NCBI RefSeq assembly: GCF_001975725.1
Contig: NZ_CP019434.1
Coordinates: 2,701,919 to 2,710,574 of the forward strand
Source of the DNA: Acidihalobacter ferrooxydans
GTDB lineage: Bacteria > Pseudomonadota > Gammaproteobacteria > DSM-5130 > Acidihalobacteraceae
Reading direction: 5' to 3'
DNA length: 8,656 bases
A model generated the notes under the pieces. That model made no database searches, was not told the DNA's origin, and worked only from the letters and a program-made list of their open reading frames with translations. Every line of letters begins with the position of its first letter. Position 1 is the stretch's first letter. Below, in pieces: positions 1 to 8,514 of the stretch. Both the position numbers and the translations under genes were made by a program.

Positions 1-503
1 AACTCGCGCGCCCGACGTTCTGCATCCGTATCCCTGTCAGCCGCCACCGCCGCCAACTGCGCGACGTACGCTTCCGGCAACTCATGCTCGCGCGCGCCGC
101 GCAATACATGCTCGCGGTACCAATCGAGCGGTCGCAAGCCGGCGACCGCCTGCCGGCCAATATACGTCTGCGCCTCCCATTGCGCGCCGTCAGGGCGCAG
201 CACCTCGACCACGCCGCGCTCGTACAGATGCGGATGCCCTTCGTAGCGATCCAGCACCGCCAGTTCACTCGCCGGCAGGCTGAACAGCACGCCGTACACC
301 GCATCCGCCTCGCGCCCGGTGTAATAAGCGTCGCACTTTGCCGATCCGTCCTTGCGGCTCAGCACATGAAATGCCAGCCGATACCCGACCAGCAGACCGA
401 TACCCACTGGATAGGCGCCCGCCACCCGCGCGCGGAGTCGCGCGCTCGACATATTCGAGCCATAGGCGAAATACAGCATCAGCTCGTCCGTCGCATGCGT
501 CAT
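1..503 (-). CDS. gamma-glutamylcyclotransferase (GGCT / AIG2-like) family protein; C-terminal end runs off the left window edge
   Basis: This ORF is not in the supplied track because it is open to the window edge. Hand translation of the minus strand from the ATG (reverse complement of cat 501-503) gives MTHATDELMLYFAYGSNMSSARLRARVAGAYPVGIGLLVGYRLAFHVLSRKDGSAKCDAYYTGREADAVYGVLFSLPASELAVLDRYEGHPHLYERGVVEVLRPDGAQWEAQTYIGRQ..., with no stop down to position 3. The N-terminal YFAYGSNM motif and the LDRYEG motif are hallmarks of the GGCT/AIG2 fold. A GAGG (reverse complement of 511-514) lies 7 nt upstream of the ATG. The plus-strand ORFs 84..641 and 338..721 are Arg/Ala-rich antisense shadows of this gene. 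Confidence 0.7.
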   Translation of the reverse strand, partial: MTHATDELMLYFAYGSNMSSARLRARVAGAYPVGIGLLVGYRLAFHVLSRKDGSAKCDAYYTGREADAVYGVLFSLPASELAVLDRYEGHPHLYERGVVEVLRPDGAQWEAQTYIGRQAVAGLRPLDWYREHVLRGAREHELPEAYVAQLAAVAADRDTDAERRARE

Positions 504-773
504 CCGACTGCCTCACTCACATCCATCGCTGTCTTGAGCCCGGATCATTCAACGCGGGCCGCACCTGCCGACCGCCATGCACTGGACGGCAAGCACCGCA
601 CCGGACGTGCGGCGCGCAACGGCATGACCGCGTTGTCGTAACCGGCCAGAATCAGTCGCTCATCCTACACGCTCATCGGCCGCCTGGCGTGAGCCGACAT
701 CACCGCCACCTGCGGCATTGATCGGAGTGTCGCCGGAAACGGCACCAGAACGCCAGGCCGCGGCGATCACCGC

Positions 774-1325
774 TCAGTATTCATCACGCTTGCGCCAATA
801 GACCTCGCCCGCGCCACTGTCGCGCGCCAATACGCGCGCCAGCACAAACAGCAGATCGGAGAGCCGATTCAGATAGCGGCGCAGCGGCACACCGACCGTC
901 TCGACGCGCGCCAGCGCCACCACGCTGCGCTCGGCGCGTCGGCAGATCGCGCGCGCCAGATGGCAGGCCGCAGCCGCCTGCCCGCCACCGGGCAGGATAA
1001 ATTCGCGCAGCGGCGGCAGTTCGGCATTGAAGCCGTCGATGGCCTGCTCCAGCCGCTCCACGTCCCCGGCCGACAACAGAGTCTGCCCCGGCAGGCTCAG
1101 TTCGCCGCCGAGCGTGAACAGATCGTGCTGCACCGCCTCCAGACAGGCGACCACTGGCGGAGGCGGCGACGCCGCCAACACCAGCGCCAGCGCACTGTTG
1201 AGTTCGTCCACGTCGCCGATGGCGGCCAGGCGCGGCGCGTCCTTGTCCGCACGCGAACCGTCGCCGAGACCGGTCGTGCCATCGTCGCCGGTGCGGGTGT
1301 AGATGCGGGTGAGTCGGTTGCCCAT
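774..1325 (-). CDS. PduO-type ATP:cob(I)alamin adenosyltransferase (MMAB homologue)
   Basis: This is track ORF 774..1367, trimmed to the internal Met (cat 1323-1325) that starts MGNRLTRIYTRTGDDGTTGL. TRxGDxGxT is the conserved N-terminal ATP-binding motif of PduO-type adenosyltransferases. The rest fits the family (ELNSALAL, HDLFTLGGELS, LREFILPGG, CRRAER, YLNRLSDLLFVLAR). A strong SD, GAAGGAGA, lies 5-6 nt upstream. The gene sits 10 nt downstream of the btuB stop, so it is probably co-transcribed. Confidence 0.9.
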   Translation of the reverse strand: MGNRLTRIYTRTGDDGTTGLGDGSRADKDAPRLAAIGDVDELNSALALVLAASPPPPVVACLEAVQHDLFTLGGELSLPGQTLLSAGDVERLEQAIDGFNAELPPLREFILPGGGQAAAACHLARAICRRAERSVVALARVETVGVPLRRYLNRLSDLLFVLARVLARDSGAGEVYWRKRDEY

Positions 1326-1335
1326 GGGGTCTCCT

Positions 1336-3183
1336 TCACGCCGCACCGAACGCATAGCGCAGATCAAGATTCACCGTACGCCCCGGACTCAGATAGGGCG
1401 TATTCTGGCCGTAGTAGGCCGGGATATAACGCGTGTTAAGCGCATTGTCCACCCGCAGGCGCGTCGACCACTGCGGCGCGAAACGATAGCCGACACTCAG
1501 GTTGAGCAGTCGGTAGGCTGGCAACCGCTCATAGACGCCCGCGCGAGTGCCGGTGTAGGTCCACACCGCGGCGGCATTCCAGGCGGCATGCTGCCAGGCG
1601 ACGCGCAGACGGTAGTGGTGACTGGCGCGGCGCAGCAGTCGCTTGCCGGTGTCGAGATTGCGCGGGTCCTGCCACCCGGCAGAGGCGCCGAGGCGCCAGT
1701 CACCGGCCTGCCAGGTGCCGCTCAGATCAAGGCCACGAATGCGCGCATTGCCGATATTCACGTTCTGGTACGTGTACGTGCTCGGATCGACGAGTTCGGT
1801 GCTGATCAGGTTGCGCAGCCGGTTCTGGAACGCGGTCAGTGTCAGCAAGCCGTGGCCGGCGACCACCGGCACCAGCAACTGCGCCTGCGTCGAACGCGAG
1901 GTTTCGGGCTTGAGGTTCGGATTCGCTCCGTAACCATAGAGCGCGTTGAAACTCGGCGCGCGATAGCCCGTGCCACTGGAGAGCTTGAACCGCATCGCCC
2001 CCGGCAGCGGCACCGAGATGCCGAGGTTCCAGGTATCGTGCCCGCCGTACTGGCTGTCGACCGTGCGCCGGCCGGCCGCAGTCAACGCCACGCCCGCGAA
2101 CTGCCGATGCCACTCGACAAAACCGGCCCGCGTGGTGCGGCGGTCGTTGTACGTGGTGCCATAGCTCAGGCTGCTGGCATGCGTGTGTGCGCCACTGACG
2201 CCCAGCAGCACCTGCGTGTTCGCCGCAGCGTAGCCAAGCTGCGCCTCGACGGCATCGCGCGTGCTGCGTGCGTAGTCATTGGCCGGCGGCACTGCGTACG
2301 TATCGAGCTGATCCTGATTCAAGGTGTTGCGAGTCTGCTCGACGCGGGCCGAGGCCAGCCAGCGCGCGGCCAACGGCAGGCTGAAACGCAGGCTGGAGGT
2401 CTGCGTGAGGTAATTTTGTGCGTCCAGGCTGTAAGCCGAATACGGCGGACCACCCGTGACGTATTCCTGCCGGCCGCGGTTCTGCCAGAAGCGCGCGTCC
2501 ACCGTGAGCCGGCCCAGTTGCGTGTCCGCATAGGCGTTCAGGTTCCGGTTATGGTAAGCCGCGCGCGGCGCATAGCCCTGCACGACCGGCTCCCCGGCGG
2601 TGCGTTCTCCGCTCAGCGTGATACCGGCGTGCGTGGCGCCGGCACTGGCGTGCAGCCCGAGCGCGCCGCGCCGGGTGTCGTGATTCCCGGCGCCCAGACT
2701 GAGGTAACCGCCACTGCCCGTCGGCTGGCGCGTGATGATGTTGACCACGCCTCCCATCGCGCCGGAACCCCACACCGTGGACAAAGGCCCCTTCACCACC
2801 TCGATGCGTTCGATATCGGTCAGCGGCAGTGTGCTCCAGGCCACACCGCCGTCGGTCGCGTTGTTGATCGGCACGCCATTGACCAGCACGCGCACCATAT
2901 TGCTGTTGGTACCCTGCACAAATACCGAGGTCTGCTGCCCGGCGCCGCCCAGTCGGGTAACATCGAAGCCGGCATAGGCGCGCAGCACGCCAGCGACCGT
3001 TTGCGCGCCGGAATTCTTGATTTCGACCCGGCTGATGACCAGCGTCGGCACCACGACGTGTGCCAGCGGCTGCGCGAACCGCGTCGGCGTAATGACGATC
3101 TCTGGAATCCCGTCGGCCAAGGCGCCGACCGGCAATGACAAGCAGACAGCGCCCAACGCGCCGCAAAGAAGTGTTTTTCGCAT
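1336..3183 (-). CDS. btuB: TonB-dependent outer-membrane vitamin B12 (cobalamin) receptor
   Basis: This is track ORF 1336..3270, trimmed to Met at 3181-3183 (MRKTLLCGALGAVCLSLPVGALA, a signal peptide). A GGGAGGG SD lies upstream. The protein has a TonB box (PEIVITPTR), plug motifs (IERIEVVKGPLSTVWGSGAMGGVVNIIT) and a C-terminal barrel ending LDLRYAF-GAA. At 615 aa it is about the size of E. coli BtuB. It lies directly downstream of a cobalamin riboswitch and upstream of a corrinoid adenosyltransferase. Confidence 0.9.
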   Translation of the reverse strand: MRKTLLCGALGAVCLSLPVGALADGIPEIVITPTRFAQPLAHVVVPTLVISRVEIKNSGAQTVAGVLRAYAGFDVTRLGGAGQQTSVFVQGTNSNMVRVLVNGVPINNATDGGVAWSTLPLTDIERIEVVKGPLSTVWGSGAMGGVVNIITRQPTGSGGYLSLGAGNHDTRRGALGLHASAGATHAGITLSGERTAGEPVVQGYAPRAAYHNRNLNAYADTQLGRLTVDARFWQNRGRQEYVTGGPPYSAYSLDAQNYLTQTSSLRFSLPLAARWLASARVEQTRNTLNQDQLDTYAVPPANDYARSTRDAVEAQLGYAAANTQVLLGVSGAHTHASSLSYGTTYNDRRTTRAGFVEWHRQFAGVALTAAGRRTVDSQYGGHDTWNLGISVPLPGAMRFKLSSGTGYRAPSFNALYGYGANPNLKPETSRSTQAQLLVPVVAGHGLLTLTAFQNRLRNLISTELVDPSTYTYQNVNIGNARIRGLDLSGTWQAGDWRLGASAGWQDPRNLDTGKRLLRRASHHYRLRVAWQHAAWNAAAVWTYTGTRAGVYERLPAYRLLNLSVGYRFAPQWSTRLRVDNALNTRYIPAYYGQNTPYLSPGRTVNLDLRYAFGAA

Positions 3184-3284
3184 GGTGGCCCTCCCGCACA
3201 CCGGATAAATTTCCACGGTGGGAGAAATCCGGGGCGCGGCCCACGAACGGCAGCGGCCCGAGCCGCCCACCGCAGCCCAAACGT

Positions 3285-3497
3285 CGCAATCGGGCCGGTC
3301 TCCGGGCTGATGGGCCGGACCTCGCGCGAGGTCCGCCGCGGCCGCCTTCCCATGCGCGTGCGCACAGTGGCTTGTTGACCGCTTCGGGAAACGTCCGCAG
3401 ACGCTTCCGCTTACCCAATCACCGTTGCGGGGGCAGCGCCGGATTGATCCTCATGGACCCACCGACTTCCCGTTTAACTCCGCTTGCGCAGAGCACC
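3285..3497 (-). promoter_or_regulatory. cobalamin (B12) riboswitch in the btuB leader
   Basis: The minus-strand RNA contains the conserved cobalamin-riboswitch core blocks in the correct order. These are AAACGGGAAGTCGGTG (GGGAAG is the reverse complement of 3466-3471), AATCCGGCGCTGCCCCCGCAACGGT, GCCACTG (reverse complement of 3365-3371), GGGAAGGC (reverse complement of 3344-3351) and the B12 box GCCCGGAGACCGGCC (reverse complement of 3291-3307). Boundaries are approximate. The expression platform extends to the btuB start at 3183. Confidence 0.9.
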
Positions 3498-3785
3498 TGA
3501 TCGCGATACCGCCGGATCGACAAGCCCGGCGGCGGCGCAGCATAGCATGCACTGCGTACAAGCGGGTCGGCAAAAGCCTCCTGCGAATCAATCCGCGCAG
3601 CGTGTTGCCTGGCGTCTCCTGCCGAGTATCGATCCCGGCGCGTAGGGCGGCGCCCGATCAGGCGACCGCACGCAACATCGCGCCGCATGGGTTTGTGTGT
3701 TCATGGTCGATTGCAAAAATGGCCTGTTGCGAAAACCCTCACGGCAACCCCCGCCAAACCCGCACGAACACTCGATTTACGTGAA

Positions 3786-3794
3786 TTATCCACA
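3786..3794 (+). promoter_or_regulatory. DnaA box, perfect 9-mer consensus TTATCCACA
   Basis: Exact TTATCCACA at 3786-3794, about 50 bp upstream of the predicted nrdA -35 element. A degenerate copy, CCATCCACA, lies at 3820-3828. DnaA boxes upstream of nrdAB are established in E. coli. Occupancy here is inferred. Confidence 0.5.
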
Positions 3795-3823
3795 GGTTTT
3801 GCAGCCGTTTCCAACAGCGCCAT

Positions 3824-3839
3824 CCACAGCATATTGTGT
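3824..3839. promoter_or_regulatory. NrdR box 1 (distal)
   Basis: CCACAGCATATTGTGT matches the 16-bp NrdR-box palindrome consensus acaCwAtATaTwGtgt at 13/16 positions by hand alignment. It lies immediately upstream of the -35 element. Confidence 0.65.
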
Positions 3840-3841
3840 TC

Positions 3842-3870
3842 TTGACCGACAACCAACCACATTCTATAGT
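3842..3870 (+). promoter_or_regulatory. predicted sigma70 promoter of nrdAB
   Basis: TTGACC (3842-3847), a 17-nt spacer, then TATAGT (3865-3870). The predicted transcription start is near 3877, giving a leader of ~150 nt before the nrdA ATG at 4029. Confidence 0.6.
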
Positions 3871-3872
3871 GC
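3857..3872. promoter_or_regulatory. NrdR box 2 (proximal, overlaps -10)
   Basis: CCACATTCTATAGTGC matches the NrdR-box consensus at 12/16 positions. Its centre is 33 bp from the box 1 centre, about three helical turns, which is the usual tandem arrangement. It overlaps the TATAGT -10 hexamer. Confidence 0.6.
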
Positions 3873-4028
3873 TTTCTCTGATCACCACGCGATTCATCCT
3901 GGATGATCCGTCAGGCGGCGCGATGCGTGTGCAATGATTCCGGTTCACGGATCAGGCACGAGCGCCCCGCCCAATGGATGATCCGGGTTCATTCCACGAC
4001 CTTGCAGACAATCTCTCAGGGGGAGCGC

Positions 4029-6932
<2,904 letters not shown>

Positions 6933-6940
6933 ACAAAACC

Positions 6941-6971
6941 CGCGTGGCGGCTGGATTCCAGCCGCCACGCG
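6941..6971 (+). other. perfect 14-bp GC-rich stem-loop in the nrdA-nrdB spacer
   Basis: CGCGTGGCGGCTGG (6941-6954), loop ATT, then CCAGCCGCCACGCG (6958-6971). All 14 pairs were checked by hand. It begins 9 nt after the nrdA stop and is followed by TACACCACGC, with no U-tract. Confidence 0.7.
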
Positions 6972-7008
6972 TACACCACGCACGCATCACATTGAAGAGG
7001 AACCTGCC

Positions 7009-8145
7009 ATGCTGAACTGGGACGACCCACTGACCCCTGCCGCCGCCCGCCAGCCCGCCAGCGCCCTGCCCACCAACGCCGCCGACGCACCGACCGGCAC
7101 ACCGACCGAACCCCCCGCTGCCGCACCGACACTCGGCGCCAGGCCCGTGCGCGCCGAAGACAAACGCATCGTCAACGGCATGGCCGACATCAACCAGCTC
7201 GCCCCGTTCAAATACCCCTGGGCGTGGAAATACTTCCTCAACGCCAACAAGAATCACTGGACGCCGCTGGACATCAACATGGCGCAAGACGTTCACGACT
7301 ACCACCACAAACTCACCGTCGAAGAACGCCACGTCTACGAAAACGTACTCGCCTACCTCACCACGGCCGACATACTCGCTATGCGCAACGTCGCCATCGC
7401 CGTGATGGAAAAGATGAGCGCCCCGGAGTTGCAAATCTATCAGGCGCGCCAGGCCTATGAAGAAGCCCTGCACACCTGGACCTACCAGCACTGCATCGAA
7501 ACCATCGGCCTCGACCAGGGCGAAATCTACAACCGCTACCGCGTCGTGCCCGAAATCAACGCCAAAATCCGCATGACACAGCAGCGCCTCGACGCCGTAT
7601 GCAGCGCCGACATCGACCTGCACGACCGCGAACAGCTGCACACCTTCCTCATGTCCTATATCTTCTTCGCCGCCGTGTTCGAAGGCAGCTGGTTCTACAA
7701 CGGCTTCAGCCCCATCTTCGCCCTCCAGCGCCGCGGCCTCATGAAAGGCACCGCCGAACAACTGCAATACATCATGCGCGACGAAGTCATGCACGCCAGC
7801 TTCGGCATCCGCGTCGCCAAGCAACTCATGCAGGAAGAAAACATCCGCCCCGACCCCCAAGCCCTGCGCGACATGTGGGACCAGGCCGAAGCCTGCGAGA
7901 CAGGCTACGCCAGCTACATCCTGCGCGACCCCATCCTCGGCTATTCCGCCGACCTCCACGTCGAACAGTTCCGCTACGTCGCCAACCGCCGCGCCGCACA
8001 ACTCGGGCTGGAAGAAGTCCCCTTCCCCGGCGCCGAAGCCGCCCTACCCTGGCTCGACGAACAAGCCAATCTGCGTAAGGAAAAGAATTTCTTCGAAACG
8101 CGGGTGACGGAGTATCAGACGGGGGGGGCGTTGAGTTGGGATTGA
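7009..8145 (+). CDS. nrdB: ribonucleoside-diphosphate reductase class Ia, beta subunit (378 aa)
   Basis: This is track ORF 6733..8145, trimmed to the ATG at 7009 (MLNWDD...), which follows the SD GAAGAGGAA. The diiron ligand motifs are present (EEALH, FEGSWFY, RDEVMHASF), and a Tyr sits at His+4 (HTWTY), the radical tyrosine position. The C-terminal R1-binding tail is NFFETRVTEYQTGGALSWD. Confidence 0.95.
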   Translation: MLNWDDPLTPAAARQPASALPTNAADAPTGTPTEPPAAAPTLGARPVRAEDKRIVNGMADINQLAPFKYPWAWKYFLNANKNHWTPLDINMAQDVHDYHHKLTVEERHVYENVLAYLTTADILAMRNVAIAVMEKMSAPELQIYQARQAYEEALHTWTYQHCIETIGLDQGEIYNRYRVVPEINAKIRMTQQRLDAVCSADIDLHDREQLHTFLMSYIFFAAVFEGSWFYNGFSPIFALQRRGLMKGTAEQLQYIMRDEVMHASFGIRVAKQLMQEENIRPDPQALRDMWDQAEACETGYASYILRDPILGYSADLHVEQFRYVANRRAAQLGLEEVPFPGAEAALPWLDEQANLRKEKNFFETRVTEYQTGGALSWD

Positions 8146-8172
8146 TTGGATGGATGTCCTCGAGCTATTGCA

Positions 8173-8514
8173 ATGTCTCAGAAATCACATCCGATAAGAA
8201 ACGGAATCATTGTCGCTGTAGTTAGCAGCATCCTTGTTTCCGCAATACCCTCAGCAAGAGATGCTGCGGGCAAATGTTTTCTTGCATTCTGGAATGAAAT
8301 CAGTTGGATTAATCACGCATTAACCTCGAGTTACCAAATTCCTGGCTGGTTGATCACTCTCACCACGTTAATAACTTTATACTCCATCATCAATGCCGCG
8401 ATGGCGGTTCTGAAACAGAGAAGGGGAAATATTCGTTTTCCTCCTATGAACCGCCCCGGGAAACGCGGAGGCTGTTTGGTTGAAGTTAAGCGGCAACGGA
8501 GGCTGGCTGCCTGA
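8173..8514 (+). CDS. hypothetical two-TM membrane protein from low-GC DNA; the 3' end is a chimera created by IS insertion, so the gene is probably disrupted
   Basis: This is track ORF 8146..8514, which has a TTG start abutting the nrdB stop; the first ATG is at 8173. Residues encoded by 8173-8445 are MSQKSHPIRNGIIVAVVSSILVSAIPSARDAAGKCFLAFWNEISWINHALTSSYQIPGWLITLTTLITLYSIINAAMAVLKQRRGNIRFPP. Two hydrophobic spans are present (IIVAVVSSILVSAIP and WLITLTTLITLYSIINAAMAVL). A frame of about 100 open codons in ~43% GC DNA is unlikely by chance. The last 22 codons (MNRPGKRGGCLVEVKRQRRLAA) are read from the IS terminus. No convincing SD was found and no family was recognised. Confidence 0.45.
   Translation: MSQKSHPIRNGIIVAVVSSILVSAIPSARDAAGKCFLAFWNEISWINHALTSSYQIPGWLITLTTLITLYSIINAAMAVLKQRRGNIRFPPMNRPGKRGGCLVEVKRQRRLAA

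Noticed and set aside
504-773. The 270-bp gap between the adenosyltransferase stop and the GGCT-like start was searched for a terminator, promoter, small ORF or sRNA.
   Set aside because: Only weak 4-6 bp stems were found (for example CCGCAC-N5-GTGCGG near 596-612). No U-tract, no good -35/-10 pair and no ORF with an SD was seen. Nothing there is supportable from sequence alone.
1336-1350. BtuB ends ...RYAF-GAA rather than with the terminal aromatic residue typical of TonB-dependent barrels. Could this be a frameshift or fusion?
   Set aside because: The frame is intact and the protein has the expected length. Short extensions after the terminal Phe do occur. The extra codons overlap the SD of the downstream gene, which probably explains them.
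1303-3138. Long antisense ORFs opposite real genes. These are 1303..3138 (+) and 2549..3418 (-) over btuB and its leader, 5856..6983 (-) over nrdA, 6847..8001 (-) over nrdB, 84..641 and 338..721 (+) over the GGCT-like gene, and 960..1439 (+) over the adenosyltransferase.
   Set aside because: Their translations are Arg/Ala/Gly/Pro-rich and low-complexity, with no recognisable motifs. Each overlaps a gene with strong family motifs on the other strand. This is the typical shadow-ORF artefact of high-GC DNA.
3419-3906. ORFs in the btuB-nrdA intergenic region: 3419..3688 (-), 3425..3784 (+), 3697..3906 (+) and 3739..3948 (-).
   Set aside because: They overlap the riboswitch aptamer or the nrdAB promoter and operator sites. 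They lack SDs and translate to Arg/Pro-rich sequences without motifs. I also could not identify a convincing -35/-10 pair for the btuB promoter in 3500-3720, so none is reported.
3903-4028. Upstream in-frame starts that extend real genes: 3903 or 3978 for nrdA, 6733 for nrdB, 3270 for btuB and 1367 for the adenosyltransferase.
   Set aside because: Each shorter start has a strong SD at proper spacing, and homology-type sequence begins there. The extensions overlap the riboswitch platform, the preceding gene or the leader, and they translate to implausible peptides.
3285-4028. The idea that the cobalamin riboswitch regulates the adjacent B12-independent nrdAB operon, as is known in some bacteria that also have NrdJ.
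   Set aside because: The conserved riboswitch blocks read only on the minus strand and point into btuB. The riboswitch lies upstream of the predicted nrdAB promoter and in the opposite orientation. The adjacency is a divergent arrangement, not cis control.
6941-6971. Calling the nrdA-nrdB hairpin an intrinsic terminator.
   Set aside because: No U-tract follows the stem, and nrdB needs co-transcription with nrdA. It is kept as a structural element only.
8143-8175. TGA read-through fusing NrdB to the downstream membrane ORF, which is in the same reading frame and starts directly after the stop.
   Set aside because: The shared frame follows trivially from how the ORF was delimited: it is open from the stop codon. 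No read-through context or recoding signal is evident. It is mentioned only as a curiosity.
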